Below, piece after piece: positions 29,466-36,405 of a stretch of DNA of 46,322 nt. Origin of the DNA: Enoplolaimus lenunculus (taxonomy: Eukaryota); the NCBI GenBank assembly GCA_030248215.1, contig JASANG010003582.1, positions 496,001 to 542,322 of the forward strand, written 5' to 3'. Each line of letters begins with the position of its first letter. Position 1 is the stretch's first letter. Under the pieces are notes generated by a model. That model was given only the letters and a program-made list of their open reading frames with translations. It made no database searches and had not been told where the DNA came from. The translations under genes and the position numbers were made by a program.

Positions 29466-29502
<37 letters not shown>

Positions 29503-29707
29503 CCAACAACAACACCAACAACAACCACAACAACAGCAACGAGAATTTGGACAAAAGCAACAGTATCATTGTTTAGACCAACAGCAAACATATCGCCATT
29601 CAACTGATAGAAGTGTACAACCCAACACGCAACACAGTTCTGCTCCGCTAGCGACTCACGAGTACGCTGTACACGGCAGTGGCGATAAACACGGTTATTA
29701 TGTGTGA
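3877..29707 (+). CDS. Eph: Eph receptor tyrosine kinase, whole spliced model (5' signal-peptide exon missing). Join 3877-3959, 6565-6901, 10278-10414, 11367-11658, 14794-14949, 16236-16559, 16703-16977, 18053-18128, 19079-19249, [21210-21287 optional], 22938-23096, 24312-24577, 25114-25212, 25657-25767, 26163-26357, 27450-27616, 28366-29707
   Basis: All introns are GT..AG and the phases join without stops. Domain order LBD-Sushi/EGF-FN3-FN3-TM-JM-TK-SAM-PDZ motif is diagnostic of Eph receptors. Confidence 0.96.
4053..4486 (+). mobile_element. TA-flanked MITE (Tc1/mariner-type), TIR CTGTAGTGACCCGAATAAGAGGG
   Basis: TA|CTGTAGTGACCCGA..TCGGGTCACTACAG|TA; full-length homologue at 10701-11131. 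Confidence 0.88.
6565..6901 (+). CDS. Eph: Eph exon: ligand-binding domain core
   Basis: [63 protein letters not shown]. Acceptor tttttaag, donor gtttgt. Confidence 0.95.
6925..7935 (-). mobile_element. Decayed, internally deleted piggyBac (PGBD-type) transposase in an Eph intron
   Basis: Across frameshifts and stops, in the correct order: acidic N-terminus (7861 onward), [79 protein letters not shown]. These correspond to the piggyBac motifs SIDE, PFKGR..KQY..KP, YFDNFF, GT.R.NR, WxDN, YN..MGGVD. Confidence 0.88.
10045..10110 (-). pseudogene. Degenerate tRNA-derived (SINE-like) head
   Basis: Reverse complement has A-box TAGCTCAGTAG and B-box-like GGATTCAAATCC with a GTGGGA/TCCTAC stem; no intact cloverleaf. 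Confidence 0.45.
10278..10414 (+). CDS. Eph: Eph exon: end of ligand-binding domain
   Basis: [36 protein letters not shown]. Acceptor ttttcag, donor gttagc. Confidence 0.95.
10701..11131 (+). mobile_element. TA-flanked MITE, same family as 4053-4486
   Basis: Colinear ~430-bp match, TA flanks. Confidence 0.88.
11200..11307. repeat. 58-bp tandem duplication rich in CTTAAG palindromes, probably inside a small MITE
   Basis: TTAAGTACGCG(C/G)TCGGCGACTTAAGTAATTAGTTAAATATAACTTAAGT occurs twice. Confidence 0.85.
11367..11658 (+). CDS. Eph: Eph exon: Sushi/cysteine-rich region
   Basis: [43 protein letters not shown]. Acceptor ttgtag, donor gtaagt. Confidence 0.93.
12372..12536 (+). mobile_element. 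hAT-type MITE (GGCCCGTAGCCA family)
   Basis: Homologous to the 21437 copy; TSD ACCTCAAA/ACCCCAAA. Confidence 0.78.
13111..13278. mobile_element. hAT-type MITE (CAGTGCCGGAGCAG family)
   Basis: TIR CAGTGCCGGAGCAG / CTGCTCCGGCCCTG; 8-bp TSD CTATCAGT/CTATGAGT. Relatives at 9338-9503 and about 26389. Confidence 0.8.
14081..14309. mobile_element. Palindromic/foldback MITE with GAGTCAAA sub-repeats
   Basis: Arms AAAAAATGGTGAGTCAAA..TTTTCCGGA and TCCGGAAAA..TTTGCGTCACCATTTTTT are reverse complements. Confidence 0.8.
14794..14949 (+). CDS. Eph: Eph exon: EGF-like cysteine-rich domain
   Basis: [45 protein letters not shown]. Acceptor ttacag, donor gtacgt. Confidence 0.93.
15008..15042. repeat. (TTA)n microsatellite
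   Basis: Seen directly; about 11 units. Confidence 0.95.
16236..16559 (+). CDS. Eph: Eph exon: fibronectin type III domain 1
   Basis: [44 protein letters not shown]. Acceptor tttcag, donor gttagt. Confidence 0.93.
16703..16977 (+). CDS. Eph: Eph exon: FN3 domain 2, first part
   Basis: [31 protein letters not shown]. Acceptor ttttag, donor gttagc. Confidence 0.9.
17038..17989 (+). mobile_element. Helentron-associated non-autonomous element (DINE-1/HINE-like)
   Basis: Subterminal IRs TTATTGAGCGAAGCTCG (17038) and CGAGTTTCGCTCAATAA (17946). Short partner IR right after the 5' subTIR, (GTCY)n microsatellite at 17104-17121, about 4 internal 156-175 bp tandem repeats, 3' hairpin GTAGT-CCC-ACTAC (17965-17977), ending in T-rich sequence. 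Confidence 0.8.
18053..18128 (+). CDS. Eph: Eph exon: end of FN3 domain 2
   Basis: [25 protein letters not shown] (FN3 F/G strands, RAxxxxGWxxWS). Acceptor ttttcag, donor gttagt. Confidence 0.88.
19079..19249 (+). CDS. Eph: Eph exon: transmembrane helix
   Basis: [23 protein letters not shown] followed by basic stop-transfer KKCYR. Acceptor tttcag, donor gttagt. Confidence 0.92.
20270..20566. repeat. Dispersed repeat (terminus CTTCCGGTTGCACCCTG); diverged homologue at about 31075-31435 and a left terminus at about 28027
   Basis: Shared blocks CGTTTCGTTTT, CCTAATTTCGC and GGCTCCGGCT.CGGTATTTTTCACT. Confidence 0.6.
20789..20956. mobile_element. GC-rich inverted-repeat element (MITE-like)
   Basis: CGCTATACTT..AAGTATAGCG termini, internal CCGTCACC/GGTGACGG arms. 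Confidence 0.6.
21210..21287 (+). CDS. Eph: Candidate juxtamembrane (cassette) exon of Eph, 26 codons
   Basis: Polypyrimidine ttcatttttatctgttcAG, perfect GTAAGT donor, 78 nt, phase 1-1. Open in the needed frame: [26 protein letters not shown]. Confidence 0.6.
21437..21604 (+). mobile_element. hAT-type MITE (GGCCCGTAGCCA family)
   Basis: TIR GGCCCGTAGCCA / TGGCCACGGGTC; 8-bp TSD AATGGTTC. Confidence 0.82.
22938..23096 (+). CDS. Eph: Eph exon: juxtamembrane autoinhibitory tyrosines and kinase start
   Basis: [36 protein letters not shown] (YxDPxxYEDP). Acceptor atttcag, donor gtaagt. Confidence 0.95.
23022..23780 (+). repeat. 4 x ~190-bp tandem duplication of an Eph exon 3' end, its donor site and the intron start
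   Basis: Units start at 23022, 23212, 23402 and 23591 and are nearly identical. Confidence 0.97.
24312..24577 (+). CDS. Eph: Eph exon: kinase N-lobe
   Basis: [57 protein letters not shown]. Confidence 0.97.
24773..24934 (-). mobile_element. hAT-type MITE (GGCCCGTAGCCA family)
   Basis: Perfect 8-bp TSD GGTCACGG. Further partial copies at about 2123-2255 (-) and 10560-10686. Confidence 0.78.
25114..25212 (+). CDS. Eph: Eph exon: kinase, up to the catalytic HR
   Basis: [23 protein letters not shown]. Acceptor tttag, donor gtaagc. Confidence 0.96.
25657..25767 (+). CDS. Eph: Eph exon: catalytic loop, DFG and activation loop
   Basis: [25 protein letters not shown]. Confidence 0.97.
25833..26035 (+). 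mobile_element. TTAGGC-core MITE, subfamily B
   Basis: TIRs CGGCCCATGTTACTTTAAGGGGCGT..ACGCCCCAAAAGTCATATCGGCC; internal TTAGGC repeats. Confidence 0.85.
26163..26357 (+). CDS. Eph: Eph exon: kinase C-lobe
   Basis: [47 protein letters not shown]. Confidence 0.97.
26558..26723 (+). mobile_element. TTAGGC-core MITE, subfamily A
   Basis: AACAGGGCCGGA..TCCGGCCTTGTTCTATACATTGGCC; TTAGGC core. Confidence 0.85.
26938..27119 (-). mobile_element. TTAGGC-core MITE, subfamily A (inverted relative to its neighbour)
   Basis: TIRs GGCCCATGTATAGAATAGGGCCGGA / TCCGGCCCTGTTCTATACATAGGCC; AAAAA on both flanks. Confidence 0.88.
27450..27616 (+). CDS. Eph: Eph exon: kinase end
   Basis: [28 protein letters not shown]. 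Acceptor attag, donor gtatgt (phase 2). Confidence 0.94.
28366..29707 (+). CDS. Eph: Eph terminal exon: long linker, SAM domain, polyQ/H tail, C-terminal GYYV
   Basis: tttgtag acceptor in frame with ORF 28574-29707. [37 protein letters not shown]. Ends DKHGYYV*. Confidence 0.9.
29153..29539 (+). repeat. (CAA)n with CAC interruptions, coding polyQ/H
   Basis: Seen directly; longest pure run is 27 CAA (29237-29317). Confidence 0.97.
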
Positions 29708-30399
29708 TTAGATATAATTTACAGTTGCACAATTTCATTTTTGCTTGCCACCGCCCTCGAAGACTGTTAAGAAAATTGACACGATTTTCTACGACTATTA
29801 TTCTATCTAGTGATTGTATCCAGCCCTGCAACCAGGAATTGTTCAGGGTGTAAGAACGTTTCCAAAAGGACGGAAGGAAAAGGTTGCTAGTATGCAATTT
29901 AATGCAGTTGACAACGGTTTAGGCCACGGGGCCGAAGGGGTTCGAGGACAACGTTTTGCTTGAAATACGCAATTTCAACAGTTGATGATGGTGTAAAGTA
30001 GGCTGGGGGGTGTTGGTTAGAAGCGTCTGCTATAAAACGGTCTGATATTGTCGTTTGTGTGCTTGAATAAAAGATAATTTTGTTTCGGGACACTTTTTGG
30101 ATTCAAAATGACGTATTTTATGAAACAATAGCTTTTGGACAATTTTGGTTGGAGTTAAAACGCTTTTTAGTTAAACTTTTTTACATTTCGTCCAAGTCCA
30201 ACAGCCGTATGCGTGGCTTTGACGCAGCTTGGGTTTAAGCTTTTTTAGGAAAATGCTTACTTGACCATACTACGCCTATATCTAAGCGTTTGCCTAAGCC
30301 AAAGCCTAAGTCTTCACGTTAAATGTGAGGGAAGTGTTAAAAAACCCATTGTGAGATTCACTGGTGAACTCGTGTTCTTTAACTGGTGTCTTATTTATA

Positions 30400-30835
30400 C
30401 TGTATTGACCCGAATAAGAGGGGGTCCCCATTTTGGATCCGAATCAATAGAAGTCCGTATCCCTAATAAGAGTCCGTAAGCGGATAGAGTCCCTAAACCC
30501 TAATTAGAGTCCCTAAATGTCAATTAACCCTATGTTCACCGTAAATTTTGGGTTATGACTGATAAATCGCGGCCAATATCTTTGTAGCTTAAAACTGAAT
30601 AACGTGAAAATAATCGGTAAGCATTACAATCCGCGGTGTCATGGGTAAATAGCAACCAGGTTGAGTTGTCAAATCGTGTCGTTTGACTCATCGCATAACA
30701 GAAAGCAAGACGATCTACCAATACTTATGATCATGAGTGCATTAGAAAAAAGCGCAACTCTTGGGTTCCGCATAAAAAATGTACCACCGGGCGTTGCGTT
30801 TTTGGCCATACCCCTTATTTAGGGGGTCACTGTCA
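30400..30835 (-). mobile_element. Related TA-flanked MITE, inverted; only about 30400-30525 clearly matches the family
   Basis: TACTGTATTGACCCGAATAAGAGGG and reverse complement of the family's right arm. Degenerate opposite TIR near 30811-30835. A solo terminus also lies at about 6365-6383. Confidence 0.65.
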
Positions 30836-31898
30836 TATGCAATAACCCTAAATCAGACTATGTGCGGAGCATATTTGATGCCGTATACATAAAGTGCTAT
30901 AGTTTGCACAAACTGTAACCTGCTCTAAATAAAGAGGGGAAGGCCAAAACCCCAACGTGCGGTGGGTATATTCTTTTGTACACAAAATGTACCCAGTTGC
31001 ACACTCTTGTTGAACCATTATCCACTCGTGATATGACGTATTGCTAATTTATTAATACCCTTGTAACATGCTGTTCAGTGAACAACCGGAGTTTTGGTTC
31101 CAGCTCCGGCAGAAAATCGGCTTTCGGCTCTAGTAGAATTTTATCGGAGGTGTCGGCAATTTCGGCAGTAAAATTCTGAATAAGTTTGCAAAATTTATTT
31201 TTTAGCGCGTTTCGTTTTACTTTTGCCCAATTTTCAGGAAAGAATTTCCGAAATTTCGCACGAAATTAGCGTAAAACCAAATAATACCTTAACAACAACA
31301 TATATATTGCAGATATTGGCTAAAATTAACTAATTAACCATCATTTTCAATACCTAATTTCGCATCGCCTCCGGCTTCATCTCCGACCCCGGCAAGTTTC
31401 GTTGACCTTCGGCTCCGGCTTCGGTATTTTTCACTGATGCTGATTCTACGACAAAATATTTTGAGTTCAAAGTATTTGATTAAATTTTTCGACAAGAAAC
31501 CGTAAGGTTAATGATTGATTTTGTACGATTTACTTTTGGTTTATCAGTTTTTTGGTCATTCTTGATCATGCCAGTTTTTATGCTACTGAAGTATTTAAAT
31601 AAATTGCTTACCTATTAATACCAATTGACAAACGGTTTCGCACAATCCGCACGCAAGAATATAAAGTTTTAAGGTTGTACTTACCGCTTATGCTTAGATT
31701 TTCTATGTCGTGTACGTGCGTATTGCGAAAGAAATTTAATTTTTTGCTGTGATAAATATACCGATCACTGTATGGTTTAAATAAAACTTTTTGGTTGATC
31801 CTTTCTGTGGCGACATTTCATTTTAAGTTCATAACAGTTCAGACCGAAATTTTAGCCACTCGCCAGTGCGCAACACTACGATGTGTGTATAAAAAATT

Positions 31899-32153
31899 CG
31901 GTCCATGTTACTTTAAGGAGCGTCCAGGTTACTGGTGGGTCTATAAAAGAGTAGGTTTAAATTCTAGATTACAATTTTTTTGCTTAGGCTTAGGCTTAGA
32001 AACACATTCTTGCAACGTTTAGGCTTAGGCTTAGAAATACGCTGAATCTACTGTTACGCCACTAAAAGTAACATTGGCCAAATTGGCAATGAGAGGCATA
32101 GGCTTAGGAATTCGCTTAATCTACTGTTACGCCCCTTAAAGTAACATTTACCA
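31899..32153 (+). mobile_element. TTAGGC-core MITE, subfamily B (31899-32080) plus a duplicated right end
   Basis: Same TIRs as the 43860 copy; right terminus repeated at about 32095-32153. Confidence 0.82.
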
Positions 32154-32889
32154 AAAATTGTCCACTCTCTTCAATTGAACTTGGGGAGCGAAACAGCACT
32201 GTAACTTAAAGTGAGGTGTAACGGTGCAGGAGTCTGTATAAAGGGTGTCGGGACAGTAGTCAAACTGTTTTTGCAAAGCAGAGAATTCGAAATAAAACTT
32301 GTATAGTAATCGTTGTGGCAAATGAAATACGTTTTCTGGAGGTTTGCTTGCCTTCCCAGTTCTGAAATACTCGAAGGAAACCCAAACTTCCCCCCCCCGC
32401 AAAAAGGGAAAAAAGGAAAAAAACCCCCCCCCAAAAAAAAAAACGCCCAAAAAAACAAAAACCAACCAAAAAAACTGAACCGAAACCAGAAAACGCTCGG
32501 AAAAAGTTTCACCGAGTCGAACTGAATGAAAGCCCTAAGGAAATTATTTTGCATGATTATTTTTTGGTAACAAATAACCGTTAATCAAGTATACCTGAGC
32601 AGGGAATTGTACTACGACCATTTCTTCGCAAGGGATAAATCGCAGTGGGGAGAAGCGTTCCTGTACCACCAGCAGGATGCCTGTGGATCCACAGGGTAAT
32701 AAGTTCGGGACTGCTTGAACGCGCAGTTTTGAATATAGCAGCCGTGAGATCGAGTTTCAACAGAAAAACATAATTACAGCTCGGTATTTTACCTGAGGAA
32801 ATAACATTTTAATGAAGTAATAAATGTCTCTGATAACCACAAGTATTGTACAAACTACAACTGTTTAAAGAGTCACGCATAAAAAGATA

Positions 32890-33643
32890 AACTAAATTAC
32901 AAGTGTTAACCTGAATTACCGAGTGTAAACCTAATTTACGGGGTGTTAGCCTAAATTACCAGTGTTAACCTAATTTACGGGGTGTTAGCCTAAATTACCA
33001 GTGTTAACCTAATTTACGGGGTGTTAGCCTGAATTACAAGCGTTAACTTAAATTACCAGTATTAACCTAAATTACCAATGTTAACCTAAATTACCGAGTG
33101 TTTACCTTAATTACTAGTGTTAACCTAAATTACCAGTGTTAACCTGAATTACCAGTGTTAACTTAAATTACCAGTGTTAACCTAAATTACCGGGTGTTAA
33201 CCTGAACTATCAGTGTTAACCTAAATTACCAGGGTTAACAACCTAAGTTACCGGGTGTTAACCTGAATTATCAGTGTTAACCTAAATTACCGGGTTCTAA
33301 CCTGAATTATTAGCGTTAACCTAAATTACCGGGTGCTAACCTGAATTACCAGTATTAACCTAAATTACAGAGTGTTGACCTGAATTACCAGTGTTAACCT
33401 AAATTACCAGTGTTAACCTGAATTACCAGTGTTATCCTAAATTACCGGGTGCTAACCTGAATTACCAGTGTTAACTTCAATTACCGGGTGTTAACCTGAA
33501 TTACCAGTATTAACCTAAATTACAGAGTGTTGACCTGAATTACCAGTGTTAACCTAAATTACCAGTGTTAACCTGAATTACCAGTGTTATCCTAAATTAC
33601 CGGGTGCTAACCTGAATTACCAGTGTTAACCTAAATTACCAGT
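32890..33643. repeat. 19/20-bp minisatellite (GTGTTAACCTRAATTACCA / ..CCGG), about 39 units
   Basis: Tandem array seen directly between the two 3' ends. Confidence 0.96.
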
Positions 33644-33934
33644 AATTCAATATTTCACAGAAATTTCACAAAATTTAATTCCGTCTACGTTATACACGCT
33701 TAATTCGTAAGTGCCAGCATTATAAAAACTGAATACACATAATTTTGCAAAGAGTATAAAATCATCAGGATACCCCAACTTTCAAACCTAATATGTTCCG
33801 CAGCGAATTTAACAGAATATGCTGGTTACGGATTAACATCCGGTACTCATATATGTTGCCGTTCCGGTGTTTAGATCCATAACCTACTACGCTTACGCGC
33901 TATGTAACTTTGAACGTGCATATGTTTAATACTT

Positions 33935-34100
33935 CGGCCAATGTATACAAGAAAGCCATCACAGTAGTGTAAGCATATTCCTAAGCCTAAGCGTAAGAAT
34001 AACCTTATACCTAAACCTAAGCGGAAGCAAAAGAAACTCAAGCTTGCTCTATGACAATCCCGCAGAAAAACAGTTCCGCCCCTGTTCTGTACATAGGCCA
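33935..34100 (-). mobile_element. TTAGGC-core MITE, subfamily A
   Basis: CGGCCAATGTATACAA..CCGCCCCTGTTCTGTACATAGGCCA; (CCTAAG)n core. Confidence 0.8.
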
Positions 34101-36132
34101 AATACTTCTATTGAAGACTTGGTGCTAAAGTTGCGAGCAAAACACAGTAAGCTAACAAAATTTTTGTAACAACCAAAAGTTTAGCGTCATTTGGTTTCAA
34201 AGTTTGAAGACAAAACATATTAATAATTTACAACGAGATGTTTCCGATCAAATAATCTTTATCAAAATTGGCAAAAAAAGATTTCAAAATTATAGATATT
34301 GTTAGCAATAATGAAATATCGACCTCGCCTTTTAAAATCAAAGGACACATTTCAATTTCCATGGCTACGAATTTTTAAAAAAAGTGTGTGTCTACACTGC
34401 AATAGCTTACGGCACTTAACCATCATACCAGATAGAACGCAATGCACATATGAATTGCAAAAATTAAATATAAATTTTACACAAAATAGTACAAGATCAA
34501 AATAATATGTTATTTTTGAACCCTGTAATTTTTGACTTTAAATTTGTCGACGGCACAAAATTTGTTACAATTTTGTTCGAAACCCAGTCGCCCGTATTCC
34601 GAAACTCAAAGTTATCAGGCAACCAGCGCCTACTAAAAACAATTACGCTTCGAAATTAGACAAATAGTAAGCAATTCTAGTTACCATCACGCACGTAGTC
34701 AAGACTATAGTAGCGAAGGTACAGCAGCTTCGTGTGTAGTAAAGAATTACTTCGCGTTAGGATGCAAACCATTTATTTCAAACCCAGCTAACAACCTGGC
34801 TTGTTCTTGTCTCTGACAAACTTTCAGAACGGATATATCCCCTTTATCCTCCTTCACTTTGTATACGCCCCCCTGTTGTTTCAAAAAGTTGATTTCAACA
34901 TGACACAGTGGTGACGCAAAGCTAAAACCTATAAACAATCACGGCAAACAATTTTAAAATAAAATGGAACCAAGAAAAAATTTATAAAAACCAAATCTGT
35001 GAATTAATTCAACTTTCATTCGCAACCACAACAATAGTTGAAATATTAACGAAAGGCACAGGAACACTTTTCCACACAGTCCAGCGTATTCCATGTAGTC
35101 GAGTTGATACTTAGTCGAGTTGATACTCAACTGAGTAATATCGTTAGTAGTATTCTATTGGTGTAGTTTTTGTTCTTGTTACAACTCAAATTTTCAAGCG
35201 CAAATTTACATGGTTATGGTAATGTCTGAGGCCAAATATCTGAGATTCACTGTTATAAACGCTATAGCACTTTATAACATTGGTTTCAACTGTCGGTAAC
35301 ATTAAAGCCAAGTGGTATATATATTACGCTGTTTTGCCAAATGGATCAACCAGACTCATTGTACAAAACCATATCAACAATCGGTGGTTTGTAGTTTGTT
35401 TGCTTGGCACAATAACAGGGCAAGTCGAGTATTCAAGTAAAACCGAGTTTATAATTTCGGTATATTGTCCGAGGAACAAATATAACTTTTCATCTCTGAT
35501 TAGTGGTTCATCAAACACTGACCAACTGAACGATTATACCAGAAATCAACTTTGAACCCAGCTAAATGCATAGTTTCTCATTGAACCTACATGGGTTTTT
35601 TGTTACAAGCCGGTAAACGCTAGTGTCGCATACAGATCTGTCGGTCTTTTGTAAATACACCGCTGAACCAGATTCAAATCAATCGGACTTGCTATTAAGC
35701 TGTTCGCCAGTATCGTTTTAGGTAAGTAATGACACGATTTCGGCAAAACTGGTTCACAACCGCTGACCTGCTTTCTGCTAAATACGAAGATAGAGTCACA
35801 CGAACCAATCAGTGTTTGAATAACGCAATCCATGCCTGCTAATTTGTGGATTCTGACTGGCACAATCCAGTAGTGATGACAGTTCATATCCACTGTATGA
35901 CACTTTTAATGCTATTAAATTGACGCCAATCTCGTGAAAAAGAAAACTATTGACTTGATTTCGCCTATTTGTGTCCGCCCAACTGGTGGCATGTTCTTGT
36001 TTAAATACATAGCTAATAGCACAAGCTTCCTGGTATCAAATTATGGACTCGATATCGTTTAGTTCGTGCTTTTCGAATTATCCATGCGATCAGCGATAAT
36101 TGTTATATGGCACAAAGTTGAAGAACTTTCTC

Positions 36133-36405
36133 TCAAACAGTTGAGCTACGATATTGTGATTCGTCGCATAGAATAATAGCAGCTGCAGCTTCTGCATCAG
36201 AATCGTCTGAATGATCACCAATTTGATTTAAACGAGACTGTTGACCAATTGGTTGTTGCTGTTGCTGTTGCTGTTGTTGTTGCTGCTGCTGATGTTGAGT
36301 CGCGTCTACGCCACCACGACTGTTGTTTTTGTTGTTGAGATCTCGGTCGTACTCAGGAAGTGAATGCTGTTTATATTTGGTGAACGTTGTCGGACGAGCA
36401 GATGC
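36133..36405 (-). CDS. ERG-like gene terminal exon ending SSTV* (class I PDZ-binding motif)
   Basis: ttttcAG acceptor, phase 0. ASARPTTF..QQQQ..YRSSTV*. Confidence 0.75.
   Translation of the reverse strand, partial: ASARPTTFTKYKQHSLPEYDRDLNNKNNSRGGVDATQHQQQQQQQQQQQQQPIGQQSRLNQIGDHSDDSDAEAAAAIILCDESQYRSSTV

Noticed and set aside
28956..29897. Long polyN (+), polyV and polyL (-) ORFs
   Set aside because: Shadow frames of the (CAA)n repeat; only the polyQ frame is continuous with the SAM domain.
30066..30071. AATAAA as the Eph poly(A) signal
   Set aside because: Plausible position, but the hexamer is common in this AT-rich DNA; unsupported without transcripts.
32388..32480. A/C homopolymer-rich tract generating Lys- or Phe-rich ORFs (32148-32554)
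   Set aside because: Low complexity and possibly low-quality sequence; no domain.
32890..33643. CRISPR-like regular array
   Set aside because: Head-to-tail monomers with no unique spacers, no cas genes, eukaryotic context.
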